Assembly (NCBI GenBank): GCA_963725665.1
Contig: CAVRZA010000002.1
Span: 384,001 to 448,000 of the forward strand
Reading direction: 5' to 3'
From: an uncultured Actinomycetes bacterium
GTDB lineage: Bacteria; Actinomycetota; Thermoleophilia; UBA2241
Length of the DNA: 64,000 bases
Every line of letters begins with the position of its first letter. Within the stretch, counting starts at the first letter, position 1. The notes below the pieces were generated by a model, which worked only from the letters and a program-made list of their open reading frames with translations, was not told the DNA's origin and did no database searches. This document shows, in pieces, positions 42,410 through 53,200 of the stretch. The translations under genes and the position numbers were made by a program.

Positions 42410-43507
42410 CTAGCCGGTCGGGTAGGTGAGGCGCAGCCTGTACTCGGCCCTGTTGTTGCTCGTCGTCTGTTCCTCGGGCACGGGCCCGACGAAGACCTTG
42501 ACGATCGTCACTCGCCCGATCGACGAGGCCGCTGGGTTGAACCCCGGCACGTCGGTGGTCTGGGTCGCGCCGGCCGGGATCGAGGCGATCGCCTGGGTGA
42601 GCTTCTGCTCAGCCGACGTGCCCGGCGGCACCACCGTCACCGTCAGCGGCACGTTGGTCTCGGCGATCGTGCCCTGGTTCTGGACGCTCACGCGGAACAC
42701 CAGCCCCGGTCCCGCGGTGACCTTGACCTCCTTGTTGGGGACGAGCTTGGCCACCTGCTTGCCGTTCTGGTCGTTTAGCACCACGCTCACGAGCGACACC
42801 CCGTGGATGCCGGTCAGCTTGCGCGAGGCCTGCATCCGGTCGATGGCGCTCTTGATGCGCGCCGCATCGAGCAGCGTCGCGCTCTTGGCAGGGTCGATCG
42901 CCGGCACCGTGACGCCGCCGCCGACCTCATTCTGCACGGTGACCTGCGCCGGCGCGTAGAAGAACACCTGGTAGTACACGTCGGGGCCGGTGAAGTAGCC
43001 GGAGTAGCTGGCGATGTTCGCCGCCGACGCCGCCGTGTTCTTCACGCCGAGCGCCTTGACGACGCCGTCGTGGAACAGCCGCACGCCTTCGAGGCGCACC
43101 TGCATCCCCTGCACGAGAGCCTTCTGCTCGTCGGCCAGCGGCGACGGCGGGTCGAGCTGCTCCGTGCGGGTCAGGATCTCGCGCTGCGTCGTCTCGAGAC
43201 CGTCGAGCTTGGCGAGGAGCTGCTTGCGCGAGTACTTGGTGGGGTCGGCGAGGATGGTACCGATCTGTCTCGTCACCGCCGCTGAGTCGTCGACGACCGT
43301 CTGCACCCCGGCCATGTACGAGCTGTAGGCGTTCTTCTTGCGGTTGCTCTGGCAGCTTCTGATGCTCAGGGCGAGGACCAGCACGATGACGAAGAGGATG
43401 ACCGCGAGGACGGCGAAGCGCTGCAGCCGTGTGCGTGAACGGGACGACCGTCTGCGGGGACGCGGCTCGGGTACCGTGACCTCGCCGTCGTCGTCGAAGA
43501 ACGACAC
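42410..43507 (-). CDS. Membrane-anchored protein with C-terminal CARDB-like domain
   Basis: TM after basic N-terminus; VSVQNQG..ETNV, VGPVPEE....NN. Confidence 0.75.
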   Translation of the reverse strand: MSFFDDDGEVTVPEPRPRRRSSRSRTRLQRFAVLAVILFVIVLVLALSIRSCQSNRKKNAYSSYMAGVQTVVDDSAAVTRQIGTILADPTKYSRKQLLAKLDGLETTQREILTRTEQLDPPSPLADEQKALVQGMQVRLEGVRLFHDGVVKALGVKNTAASAANIASYSGYFTGPDVYYQVFFYAPAQVTVQNEVGGGVTVPAIDPAKSATLLDAARIKSAIDRMQASRKLTGIHGVSLVSVVLNDQNGKQVAKLVPNKEVKVTAGPGLVFRVSVQNQGTIAETNVPLTVTVVPPGTSAEQKLTQAIASIPAGATQTTDVPGFNPAASSIGRVTIVKVFVGPVPEEQTTSNNRAEYRLRLTYPTG

Positions 43508-43537
43508 CTAGTCACTCCTCCTTGCCGGGGACGATGC

Positions 43538-43624
43538 TGGTGGGCGAGGCGGGATTTGAACCCGCAAGCTCTTGCGAGCACTAGGTCCTGAACCTAGCGT
43601 GTCTGCCAGTTTCACCACTCGCCC
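43538..43624 (-). tRNA. tRNA-Leu(CAG)
   Basis: CTAGG-TT CAG GA-CCTAG, variable arm, CCA. Confidence 0.95.
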
Positions 43625-43765
43625 GAGCGGGCCCCCACAAGGTGTGGAGTATAGCACACCGAATAGACTCCAGAAGACGGGGTCGAGCAGCCCCGCAACG
43701 AGGGGGCTGCAGGCTCCTTCGTGCAGCGATCGTGAGGGTCTGCAGGAAGCCGCGGGAGAGGCATC

Positions 43766-45463
43766 GTGAGCGTCGCCACCCACAGCCGCGCCCCCGTCGT
43801 CACCGACTGGGCGGAGCGCTACCAGGTCGTCGCCAAGATCGGCGCCGGCGGGTTTGCCGACGTCTACGAGGCGATCGACCTGAGGCTCGACCGTGAGGTG
43901 GCGCTCAAGGTCGTCGACGAGCGTCACGGCGTATCGGCCAGGGTGGTGCGTGAGGTCGAGGCGGCCGCCTCGCTCACGCACCCCGGCATAGTCGCTCTCT
44001 ACGACTTCTTCACCGACGGCCGGCGCGCCTACCTGGTGTGGGAGCTTGTGCGCGGCCGCTCGCTCGCCGAGCTCGCCGGCAGTCTCGACGACGGTGAGGC
44101 GGCGGAGGCGGCCGCGCAGGTCCTCGAGGCCCTGGCCTACGCTCACAGCCAGGGCGTCGTACACCGCGACGTCAAGCCGCAGAACCTCATGGTCGACGAG
44201 CTGGGGCACGTCAAGGTGATGGACTTCGGCATCGCCCGGCTCATGGACGCCGAGACGCTCACGAGCGAGGGCGACATGCTGGGCACCGTCGCCTACATGT
44301 CGCCCGAGCAGGCGGGCGGCCGGCGCGCCGGGCCGCCGAGCGACGTCTACTCGGCGGCGATGGTCCTTTACGAGCTGCTCGCCGGGACGAACCCGTTGCG
44401 TGGGGCGACCCCGGGAGAGACCATCTCCAACGTCCTTGCGGGCCGTCTGCCGACGCTGCGCGGCTATCGCCCCGATCTGCCCGACGAGCTCATCGACGCG
44501 GTCGACGAGGCGCTGCTGCCGACGCCCGGCGAGCGTCCGGGGGCGCTCGAGCTGTCGGAGGCGCTGCGTGCCGTCGCCGGCCGCCTCGGCGGCCGGGGGC
44601 GCGCGCAGCGCCTCCTCGGCCCGCTGGTCGGCCGTTTGGCACGCTCGGGTCCCTTCGTCGAACGCGCCCTCGGCGCGCTCCTCGCCGGCGCGACGGCCAC
44701 GGCGGTGCTCTCGTGGCTCCCGGCCTACCCGGCCGACTGGAGGCTCCCGCTCGCCCTCGCCACGCTGCTGGTCTGGTTCGTCCTGCCGCCGGCCGGGCTC
44801 GCCTGGCTTCTCGGCGCGCTCGCCTTCCCCGTCTTTAACATCGGGCCCGGCGTCGGTCTCGCCTACCTCGCCTTCGCCCTCGTCCTGTACGCTCTCACCG
44901 CTCGCCGCCCGCTCGCCGCCGTGTACCCGGCGCTGGGCCCGCTGCTGCTGCCGGTGTACGGCGTCTTCGTGGCGCCGGCTGCGGCGGCGCTGTTGGGCCG
45001 CGTCCGCGGCCCGGTCGTCGCCGCCTGGGCCGGCGCCGCCACCTGTATCTACTTGCTCTTCAGCGGCGCCGTGCGCTCGCCGTTCGCAGGCTTCGTCGCT
45101 CACGGCGCGCTGGGGCACGAGCTGGGCGGCGCCAACCCCGTGCCCATCGTCGCGCGCGTCGCGGCGGCCGCGTCGGCCGGTCCGTGTCTCTTCCAAGCCC
45201 TCGTCTGGGCCGGCTTCGCGCTCGCCGTCGGCGTCGTCTTCGTGCTGCCGCGGCTCGAGGCGCGCCTGTGGCTGTGGTCGCTCTCGTGCGCAGCGCTGTT
45301 CGCGCTCTACCGTGTCGTGCCCATCGCCGGCTGGCACCGCCGCGCCCCGCTGACCGAGCTCCTGCTGAGCACCGTCGTCGTGGCCTCGGTCCTGCTGGTC
45401 GCGATCCTGCTCGAGTGGGGTCTGCGGGGGCGGGCGCGGTCGGCTGCGGACGGGGCGGAGTGA
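43766..45463 (+). CDS. Hanks-type Ser/Thr kinase with polytopic C-terminal membrane domain
   Basis: GAGGFA.V, VALK, HRDVKPQN, DFG, YMSPEQ; long hydrophobic C-terminal half. Confidence 0.9.
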   Translation: MSVATHSRAPVVTDWAERYQVVAKIGAGGFADVYEAIDLRLDREVALKVVDERHGVSARVVREVEAAASLTHPGIVALYDFFTDGRRAYLVWELVRGRSLAELAGSLDDGEAAEAAAQVLEALAYAHSQGVVHRDVKPQNLMVDELGHVKVMDFGIARLMDAETLTSEGDMLGTVAYMSPEQAGGRRAGPPSDVYSAAMVLYELLAGTNPLRGATPGETISNVLAGRLPTLRGYRPDLPDELIDAVDEALLPTPGERPGALELSEALRAVAGRLGGRGRAQRLLGPLVGRLARSGPFVERALGALLAGATATAVLSWLPAYPADWRLPLALATLLVWFVLPPAGLAWLLGALAFPVFNIGPGVGLAYLAFALVLYALTARRPLAAVYPALGPLLLPVYGVFVAPAAAALLGRVRGPVVAAWAGAATCIYLLFSGAVRSPFAGFVAHGALGHELGGANPVPIVARVAAAASAGPCLFQALVWAGFALAVGVVFVLPRLEARLWLWSLSCAALFALYRVVPIAGWHRRAPLTELLLSTVVVASVLLVAILLEWGLRGRARSAADGAE

Positions 45464-45620
45464 GGCGCCGGCGCCCGCTCGCCGCGACGTGCGTGCCGGC
45501 CTGGAGACCTCTTGCTCCGACACAACGTCGCACCCCGGGGCATGCCGGCGGCGTGTGTGAGGCACGAGGGGCGGTGATATCGTACAGAGTCGGCTCGCCG
45601 TAGAGCGCCCGGAGGCTGCC

Positions 45621-46385
45621 GTGGCCAACGTCCTCAAGTCCATCGAGAAGAAGATAGAGAACCTCGTCGAGGGGGTCTTCGGGCGCGCGTTCAAGTCGAG
45701 CGTCCAGCCCGTGGAGATCGCTCACAAGCTGGCCAAGGAGATGGGCGATCACAAGACGGTAAGCGTCTCGAAGGTCTACGTGCCCAATGAGTATGAGGTC
45801 TTCCTCTCACCCCCCGACTACGAGCAGATGCACGCCTTCGAGGCTTCGCTGCTCGAGGAGCTCACGACGTACCTGATCGCCTACGCCCGGCGGGAGGGGT
45901 GGACCCTAGTGAGCAAGCCTCGCGTCAGCCTGCACGGCGACGACGACCTGCACCTGGGCGAGTTCGGCATCGCCACCCGCACCGTCACCGAGCCCGAGCA
46001 GCCCCAGGTCGCCCCCGTGGCCCCTCCGCCGCAGCTCTCACAGACGGTCGTCTACCAGCCGCCGCCGGTCGTGCCCGCCGCTGCCGTGGTCGCGGCGTCG
46101 GCTACGTGCGCGGTCCTGCGCTGGGGCGGCGGCGCCTGCGATCTCACCACCGACGTGACGAGCATCGGCCGCAACAAACGGTGCGACGTCGTGCTGCCCG
46201 ATCCCAACGTGTCGCGCCGCCACGCCGAGATCAGGCGTGAGGGCGACGACTACGTCATCATCGACCTCGACTCGACCAACGGCGTGCAGATCAACGGCAG
46301 GGGGGTGAAGCGCGCCAAGCTGGCCGATGGGGACAGGCTGACGCTCGGCACGAGCGATCTGCGCTTCGAGAGGCGACCTTGTTAG
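45621..46385 (+). CDS. fhaA: FhaA (DUF3662 plus FHA)
   Basis: F.RAFKS.VQPVEIA, PNEY; IGR...D.NVSRRHA...STNG. Confidence 0.92.
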   Translation: MANVLKSIEKKIENLVEGVFGRAFKSSVQPVEIAHKLAKEMGDHKTVSVSKVYVPNEYEVFLSPPDYEQMHAFEASLLEELTTYLIAYARREGWTLVSKPRVSLHGDDDLHLGEFGIATRTVTEPEQPQVAPVAPPPQLSQTVVYQPPPVVPAAAVVAASATCAVLRWGGGACDLTTDVTSIGRNKRCDVVLPDPNVSRRHAEIRREGDDYVIIDLDSTNGVQINGRGVKRAKLADGDRLTLGTSDLRFERRPC

Positions 46386-47113
46386 ACGTTGTCCTGCTCG
46401 CCCTGAAGGCGGGCTTCCTGATACTGCTCTTCCTCTTCGTCTGGCTGGTGATGCGGGGCGCGGCCCGCGACGTCGTCTCGTGGGGGCGGGCCTCAGCGCC
46501 GCTGGGCGGCACGCTGCCCGAGCCCGCGCCGCCGTCGCGGGCCGCGCCCGTCGCCTCACCTGCCCCGGCCCCCGTCACGCAGCCCGCGGCGGAGCCCGTC
46601 GTCCCCGTGAACCCGGCCGTCGAAGAAGGTCTCCAGATGCCGGCAGACGCCAGTCCCTTCGCCGCAGCGCCACCCCCCGCGGCGGTCGCGGCGGCGGCGG
46701 TGGCGGAGTCTGCCGCCGCAGACTCGGCGTCTGAGTCGACGCCCGAGGAGCGGCGCGTGCGCCGCGAGGCGCGCGAGAAGGAACGCACCCTCGCCGGCGA
46801 GCGGCTCGACTTCTCGTCCGTCATCAACCCGCGCCTTGTCGTCGAGCAGAGCCCGGTGCTCGAGGTCGGGACGCGCTACCCGCTCGAGGCCTGGGTGATG
46901 ATCGGGCGGTCGCCGGCGAGCGACATCGTGCTCTCCGACTCCTTCGTCTCGAGCACGCACGCGCGCCTCGTGCCGCGCGGCCAGCTCTACTTCGTGGAGG
47001 ACCTCGGCAGCACCAACGGCACCTTCGTCGACGGGCGCGAGGTCAAGGAGGCACAGCTCAAGCCGGACAGCCGGCTGCGCATCGGCGAGACCACCTTCCG
47101 CTACGAGGAGTGA
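46379..47113 (+). CDS. fhaB: FhaB/FipA FHA-domain membrane protein
   Basis: N-terminal TM, Pro/Ala linker, IGRS...VSSTHA...DLGSTNGT. Confidence 0.88.
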   Translation: MLDVVLLALKAGFLILLFLFVWLVMRGAARDVVSWGRASAPLGGTLPEPAPPSRAAPVASPAPAPVTQPAAEPVVPVNPAVEEGLQMPADASPFAAAPPPAAVAAAAVAESAAADSASESTPEERRVRREAREKERTLAGERLDFSSVINPRLVVEQSPVLEVGTRYPLEAWVMIGRSPASDIVLSDSFVSSTHARLVPRGQLYFVEDLGSTNGTFVDGREVKEAQLKPDSRLRIGETTFRYEE

Positions 47114-47120
47114 GGGCTGC

Positions 47121-48359
47121 TTGGCCCTGGTCGCCGAACACGCGGCTCTGAGCGACATCGGCCTGCAGCGCTCGACGAACGAAGACGCCTTCGTCGCCGC
47201 GCCGCCGCTGTTCGCGGTCGCCGACGGCATGGGCGGCGCCCAGGCCGGAGAGGTGGCGAGCCGGACCGCCCTCGAGGCTCTGGGCAGGGCGCTCGACAGT
47301 GGTCGCAAGCTGGCCGACGCTGCGCAGGAGGCGAACCTGCGGGTGTTCACCCTGGCCGAGGACGACCCCTCTCGCTCGGGCATGGGCACGACCCTCACCG
47401 TGCTGCGCCTCCTCGAGGGCAACGAGCGTGCCGAGCTGGTCCACGTCGGCGACAGCCGCGCTTACCTGCTGCGTGACGGCCTCCTCGAGCAGCTCACCGC
47501 CGATCACTCGCTCGTCGGCGAGATGGTGCGCGAGGGCAAGCTGACGGCCGACGAGGCTTTCAGCCACCCGGCGCGCTCCATCTTGAGCCGCGTCCTGGGC
47601 ACCGAGCCCGGGGTGAAGCTTGACCGTCGCGAGATCGACCTGCGTGCGGGCGACACCTTGCTGCTTTGCTCCGACGGGCTCTCGTCGGCGGTGCCCGACG
47701 CGACCATCGAGAGACGGCTGCAGGAGGCTTCCCCTCGCGACGCGGCGCGCCGCCTGGTCGTCGAGGCCAAGAACCGGGGCGGTCACGACAACATCACCGT
47801 CATCGTGCTGCGTCTCGCCCAAGCTGAGCCGGCGGAGCGCGGCGACGAGGAGCGCACGGCCGTGCTCACCGCCGCGACCGCCGACCCGGCCGATTCCGCG
47901 GCGACCGCGCCCCTGCCGCCGCCGGTCGAGGCCGCGGCGGCGAACGCTGCTGCGCCGCCGCGCCGCGGCCTCGGCCGGCGGCGCTTGTGGCTGCTCATCG
48001 CCGGCCTCGTCATCGCCGCGCTCATCGCCGGCCTCGCCATCACACTCAACGTCTCCTACTACGTGGGGGTCGACGAGGGATACGTGTCGGTGTTCCAGGG
48101 TCTCCCGTACGGCCTCGGGGGGCTCGACCTGAGCCGGGTCTACCTGCGCACCAACACGCCGGTGACGGCCGTGGTGTCCGAGGACCAGCGTCTCCTCACG
48201 CAACGCGCGGTGACGAGCAGAGACGATGCCCTGCGCACGGTCGATGCGCTGCGCACGGCGACTCCGACGCCGTCGCCGCTCCCGATTTCATCGCCGTCGA
48301 GCAGTCGTTCGCCGACCGGCCGCTCCTCGGCCAAACCGACGGCGAAGGGCGCACCGTGA
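47121..48359 (+). CDS. pstP: PP2C Ser/Thr phosphatase
   Basis: R..NED, VADGMGG, GMGTT, HVGDSR, CSDGL, GGHDNIT, TM. Confidence 0.93.
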   Translation: MALVAEHAALSDIGLQRSTNEDAFVAAPPLFAVADGMGGAQAGEVASRTALEALGRALDSGRKLADAAQEANLRVFTLAEDDPSRSGMGTTLTVLRLLEGNERAELVHVGDSRAYLLRDGLLEQLTADHSLVGEMVREGKLTADEAFSHPARSILSRVLGTEPGVKLDRREIDLRAGDTLLLCSDGLSSAVPDATIERRLQEASPRDAARRLVVEAKNRGGHDNITVIVLRLAQAEPAERGDEERTAVLTAATADPADSAATAPLPPPVEAAAANAAAPPRRGLGRRRLWLLIAGLVIAALIAGLAITLNVSYYVGVDEGYVSVFQGLPYGLGGLDLSRVYLRTNTPVTAVVSEDQRLLTQRAVTSRDDALRTVDALRTATPTPSPLPISSPSSSRSPTGRSSAKPTAKGAP

Positions 48360-49678
48360 GCCGCCGCAACGCCGAGCTGCTCTACCTGCTGCTCGTCGGT
48401 GTCATCGCCGTGGCCGCCTACGTGGCCGTGTTCGCGGCTCGCTTCCGCGACATCGGACGCACGTCGGTCACCTACGGGCTGATCTTCGTCGGCATCTTCA
48501 TCGTCCTTCACCTTGTCGTGCGCGCGTACCTGTCGCAGGCCGACCCCTACCTGCTCCCGCTCACCGCGCTCCTGGCGGCGACGGGCCTCACGGAGATCTA
48601 CCGCATCGATCCCGCCCTGGCTCTCAAGCAGGGGGAGTGGCTGGTGGTCGGCGCCGTGCTGTTCATCCTCACGGTGATCGTGGTGCGCGACCACGCGCGC
48701 CTGGATCGCTACCGTTACCTCATCGGAGCGGTCGGCATAGCACTGCTCGCGATCACCATCGTCGCGGGCACCGAGGTCAACGGCGCCCGCCTGTGGATCC
48801 GCTTCGGGGGTTTCTCGATCCAGCCCGCGGAGTTCGCCAAGATCGCCATCATCATCTTCTTGGCCGGCTACCTGAACGACAACAAGGAGCTCCTGTCGCT
48901 GCCCACCGGCAGGTTCCTTGGCATCGCCGTGCCGCGTGCCCGGTACTTCGCGCCGCTGGTCGCCATGTGGCTGCTCACGCTGCTCATGCTGATCTTCATC
49001 AAGGACTTCGGCATGTCGCTGCTCTTCTTGGCCGTGTTCATCGGCATGCTCTACATGGCCACATCGAGGGTCGCGTACGTGGTCGCCGGCGCCGTCCTCT
49101 TCGCCTTCGGCGCCGGCGCCGCCTACCGTTACGTCGCCCACGTGCACGAGCGCTTCGCCATCTGGATCGACCCCTGGAAGACGGCGCAGTCCTCGGGCTA
49201 CCAGATCGTGCAGTCGCTGTTCGCCATGGCCGACGGGGGGCTCTTCGGCTCGGGCTTCGGACGCGGCTATCTGCTCTACCCGAACAAGGTGCCGGTCGTG
49301 CCCGACCTGTCGACCGACTTCATCTTCGCGGCCGTCGCCAACGAGCTCGGCCTCGCCGGCGCGGTCGGGGTGATCCTCTGCTACGTCCTGTTCGCCTGGC
49401 GCGGCTTCCACATCGCGATACAGGCGACCGACGGCTTCTCGAAGCTGCTCGCCGCGGGTCTTGCGGCCGCCTTCGGGCTGCAGTCGTTCATCATCATCGG
49501 CGGCGTCACCCGGTTGATCCCGCTCACCGGCGTCACCCTGCCCTTTCTGAGCTACGGCGGCAGCTCGATCACCGCCAACCTGATCCTGGTGGCCCTGCTC
49601 CTCATGATCTCTCATCACACCAACGTCGTGCGCGCCGGCACCGAGGACGAGCGTCTGCGGCTCGCGGGGGTGGGCTGA
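48356..49678 (+). CDS. rodA: SEDS peptidoglycan glycosyltransferase RodA/FtsW
   Basis: NGARLW, QPAEFAK, KDFG, TDFIFA..NELG, PLTGVTLPFLSYGGSS. Confidence 0.93.
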   Translation: MSRRNAELLYLLLVGVIAVAAYVAVFAARFRDIGRTSVTYGLIFVGIFIVLHLVVRAYLSQADPYLLPLTALLAATGLTEIYRIDPALALKQGEWLVVGAVLFILTVIVVRDHARLDRYRYLIGAVGIALLAITIVAGTEVNGARLWIRFGGFSIQPAEFAKIAIIIFLAGYLNDNKELLSLPTGRFLGIAVPRARYFAPLVAMWLLTLLMLIFIKDFGMSLLFLAVFIGMLYMATSRVAYVVAGAVLFAFGAGAAYRYVAHVHERFAIWIDPWKTAQSSGYQIVQSLFAMADGGLFGSGFGRGYLLYPNKVPVVPDLSTDFIFAAVANELGLAGAVGVILCYVLFAWRGFHIAIQATDGFSKLLAAGLAAAFGLQSFIIIGGVTRLIPLTGVTLPFLSYGGSSITANLILVALLLMISHHTNVVRAGTEDERLRLAGVG

Positions 49679-49685
49679 TGCCGGC

Positions 49686-51152
49686 GTGAACAGGGGCGTC
49701 ACACGTGTCTTCATCGTCGGGCTGGTCCTGTTCGCGGCGCTTCTCGTCAACGTCGCCTACGTGCAGTTCTTCAGGGCCGACGCGCTCAAGAAGAGCCCGG
49801 CCAACCACCGCACTCTCGTGCAGCAGCTGCGGGTCAAGCGCGGTCTGATCCTGGGGTTCGACGGCTCGACCATCGCGGGCCGCGTGCGACGTGCGGGAGG
49901 CATCTACCAGCGCGCGTATCCCCAGGGTCCCGTGGCGCCGCAGCTCGTCGGCTACTACACGGTGCAGTACGGCATGAGCGGCATCGAGGAGTCGCAGAAC
50001 GCCTACCTCTCGGGGACTTCCGCCCGGCTCGGCCCGCGGACGCTGATCGACCAGGTCCTCGGCAGACGACCGCGGGGCGCCAACGTGAAGCTCACCCTCG
50101 TGCCGGCCGTGCAGAAGGTGGCCCAGCAAGCCCTGGGCGGCCAGATCGGTGCCATCGTGGCGCTCGACCCAGGGACCGGGGCCCTGATCGCCGCCGCTTC
50201 GACGCCCTCCTACGATCCCGCGGCGCTGTCGGTGCCCGACCCTCGGGCGGTGCAGCGCGCCTGGAACGTGCTCAGGAAGGACCCCGACCGTCCGCTGCTC
50301 GACAGGGCCACGCAAGGGCTCTACCCGCCCGGGTCGTCGTTCAAGGTCGTGACGGCGACGGCCGCCCTCGACAGCGGGGCGTTCACGCCGCAGAGCACGT
50401 TCGACGACACCGGCGTCTACGACGTGTACGGGGGCAAGGTCACGAACTTCGGCGGCGAAGTGTTCGGCGCCAACACCCTCACGCAGGCACTGACCTTCTC
50501 GATCAACACCACCTTCGGCAAGGTCGGTGTCAAGCTGGGCCAGGCGGCACTGACCGACACCATGCTGCGCTACGGCTTCTACCAGGTACCGCCCCTGGAG
50601 CTGCCCCAGGGTGCCGTCTTGCCCAGCGGGCGCTACGGCGGCGGCGGGCTGCTCGCGACCGACGCGTCCATGGACCCCCTGGCCGTCGCCTGGATGGCGG
50701 TGGGGCAGGAGCGCCTGCTGGCCACCCCGCTGCAGATGGCCCTGGTCGCCGCCGGCGTCGCAAACGGCGGCACGTTGATGAAGCCTTACGTGGTGCAGGA
50801 GGTGGCCGACGCGCACGGCGACGTGGTGCAGAGCGCACAGCCGGCGGTCTGGCACCAGGTGATGAGCGCCCAGACCGCCGCCACGATGAACACCATGATG
50901 CAGGACGTCGTCAACGCCGGCACGGGGACGGGAGCGGCGCTGCAAGGCATCCAGGTCGCCGGTAAGACGGGGACCGCCGAGAAGGGCAACGGGACGAACC
51001 AGGCCTGGTTCATCGCCTTCGCGCCGGCCGACGCGCCGCGCGTGGCCGTGGCCGTGACGATAGAGAACACGTCCGCGACCGGCGGCGAGGTGGCCGCGCC
51101 GCTCGCCGCCGCGGTGATGCGCGCGGCGCTGGCCCAGGCGTCGCTGCCGTGA
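49686..51152 (+). CDS. pbpA: Class B penicillin-binding protein
   Basis: YPPGSSFK (SxxK), SIN (SxN), GKTGTA. Confidence 0.92.
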   Translation: MNRGVTRVFIVGLVLFAALLVNVAYVQFFRADALKKSPANHRTLVQQLRVKRGLILGFDGSTIAGRVRRAGGIYQRAYPQGPVAPQLVGYYTVQYGMSGIEESQNAYLSGTSARLGPRTLIDQVLGRRPRGANVKLTLVPAVQKVAQQALGGQIGAIVALDPGTGALIAAASTPSYDPAALSVPDPRAVQRAWNVLRKDPDRPLLDRATQGLYPPGSSFKVVTATAALDSGAFTPQSTFDDTGVYDVYGGKVTNFGGEVFGANTLTQALTFSINTTFGKVGVKLGQAALTDTMLRYGFYQVPPLELPQGAVLPSGRYGGGGLLATDASMDPLAVAWMAVGQERLLATPLQMALVAAGVANGGTLMKPYVVQEVADAHGDVVQSAQPAVWHQVMSAQTAATMNTMMQDVVNAGTGTGAALQGIQVAGKTGTAEKGNGTNQAWFIAFAPADAPRVAVAVTIENTSATGGEVAAPLAAAVMRAALAQASLP

Positions 51153-51295
51153 CGGCGGCGACGCCTGGGCCAGCGCGGTTGCTCGCGGGTGTAGAGAGAA
51201 GGGTATCGTGTCGCGATATGGAAGAGGCGCGGGGAGGCCGTCGGAGACGGCGGCCGGACCGGGCCCACTGAGCGCGGAGACTGGAGCGGGGTAGC

Positions 51296-53200
51296 GTGAC
51301 GGACGCGTACGAAGAGGGACAGCTGATCGACGGCCGCTACCGCGTGCTGCGCAAGATCGGCGCGGGAGGGATGGCCGACGTCTATCTGGCGCGCGACGAG
51401 ACGCTCGGGCGTCAGGTGGCGGTCAAGATCCTCCTGTCGCGCTTCGCCGACGACCGGCAGTTCGTCGAGCGCTTCCGGCGCGAGGCGCAGGCGGCCGCCG
51501 GCCTCAACCACCCCAACATCGTCAACATCTACGACCGTGGCCAGGTCGGCTCGACGTACTACATCGTCATGGAGTACCTGAGCGGAGAGACCCTGAAGGA
51601 CTTCGTCCGCCGCCACGGCCGGCTGGCGGCGCGCGACGCCATCGGCATCGCCCTGGAGCTGCTCGCGGCTTTGCAGTACGCGCACGAGCACAACGTCGTG
51701 CACCGCGACATCAAGTCGCAGAACGTCATGCTCGACGAGCACGGGCGGGCCAGGGTGACGGACTTCGGCATCGCCCGCGCCGGCGACTCATCGATGACCG
51801 AGGTGGGCTCGGTCCTAGGCACCGCGCAGTACTTGTCGCCGGAGCAGGCCAAGGGGCAGCCGGCCGACGAGCGCTCAGACCTCTACTCGGTCGGCGTCGT
51901 GCTCTACGAGATGCTGACCGGACGCGTGCCCTTCAAGGGCGACACGGCCGTGAGCGTGGCGCTCAAGCACGTCAACGAGCTGCCGCCGGAGCCGATCGCC
52001 CTCGCCGCCGACCTGCCGCCGTCGCTCAACCGCGTGGTGCTCAAGGCGCTCGCCAAGAACCCCGACCGCCGCTACAACAGCGCCGCCCAGTTCGCCTCTG
52101 ACCTGCGCGCCGTGCTCGGAGGCGGTCCGCTCGTCGCCGCCGGCTACGACGTCGGCGACGAGCGCACCCAGGTCGTGGCGCCGCTGCCGATAGGCGACGA
52201 GGCGACGCGCGTCATGGCCGGCCAGCCGGCCACGGCCGCACCGGCTGCGCGCGTCGCCCCGGGACCGCCGCAGCGCAAGCGGCGTCGCATCTGGCCCTGG
52301 CTCCTGCTCGTGGCGGTCCTGGCGCTGGCACTCATCGGGGGCTTCCTGCTGTTCCGGACGCTCACCGGCACAGCAGTGGCCGTGCCCAACGTGGTCGGCC
52401 AGCAGCAGGCGACGGCCGCGAGCCAGCTCGAAAAGGCGGGCTTCAGCGTCGATACCAAGAGCACCTACTCCGACCAGTACTCTCAGGTGGGCCTGGTGGC
52501 GCGCCAGTCGCCCGCGGGCGGCACCGACCTGCGCAAAGGTGAGCCGGTCACCATCTGGGTGAGCAAGGGTCCCGAGCACTTCCAGCTCGGCAACCTCTTC
52601 GGCTTGACCGCCAAGAAGGCGGCCGACTACCTGAAGAGCGAGGGCCTCGTGCCCAAGCAACTCAGCGGCAACTCCCCACAGGCGCGGGGTACCGTCTTCA
52701 AGCAGGACCCGGCCGCCTTCGCCACCGTGGCGCGCGGCGACACGGTGTCGTACTGGGTGAGCAAGGGTCCCGCGCGAGTGTCCGTCCCGGATCTCAGCGG
52801 TTTGAGCCAGAGCCAGGCCGAGGCGACGATACGGGGGGCGGGCCTCGTCGTGGGAACGGTCGGGAGCCAGCCCAGCGTGACCGTGCCGGCGGGCGCGGTC
52901 GTGAGCCAGACGCCGAGCCCCGGCACCAAGGTCGACAAGGGCACCAGCGTGAGCATCGTCGTGAGCACGGGATCCCCGTCGCCTTCACCTTCTCCGTCGC
53001 CGTCGCTTGTCCTCGTGCCCAGCGTGCTGACCATGGATCAGGGTACGGCCGAGACCACGCTTGACGCCGCCGGCTTCCTCTCTACCGTCAAGAAGAAGGG
53101 CGGCACCGGCCAGCCGCCGGGCACCGTCGTCGCGCAGGACCCGCTTCCCGACACCAAGGCGCCGGCGGGGTCGACCGTCACCATCACGGTCGCCAAGTAG
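51296..53200 (+). CDS. pknB: PASTA-domain Ser/Thr kinase
   Basis: GAGGMA.V, RFRREA, HRDIK, DFGIAR, TM, four PASTA-like repeats. Confidence 0.95.
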   Translation: MTDAYEEGQLIDGRYRVLRKIGAGGMADVYLARDETLGRQVAVKILLSRFADDRQFVERFRREAQAAAGLNHPNIVNIYDRGQVGSTYYIVMEYLSGETLKDFVRRHGRLAARDAIGIALELLAALQYAHEHNVVHRDIKSQNVMLDEHGRARVTDFGIARAGDSSMTEVGSVLGTAQYLSPEQAKGQPADERSDLYSVGVVLYEMLTGRVPFKGDTAVSVALKHVNELPPEPIALAADLPPSLNRVVLKALAKNPDRRYNSAAQFASDLRAVLGGGPLVAAGYDVGDERTQVVAPLPIGDEATRVMAGQPATAAPAARVAPGPPQRKRRRIWPWLLLVAVLALALIGGFLLFRTLTGTAVAVPNVVGQQQATAASQLEKAGFSVDTKSTYSDQYSQVGLVARQSPAGGTDLRKGEPVTIWVSKGPEHFQLGNLFGLTAKKAADYLKSEGLVPKQLSGNSPQARGTVFKQDPAAFATVARGDTVSYWVSKGPARVSVPDLSGLSQSQAEATIRGAGLVVGTVGSQPSVTVPAGAVVSQTPSPGTKVDKGTSVSIVVSTGSPSPSPSPSPSLVLVPSVLTMDQGTAETTLDAAGFLSTVKKKGGTGQPPGTVVAQDPLPDTKAPAGSTVTITVAK

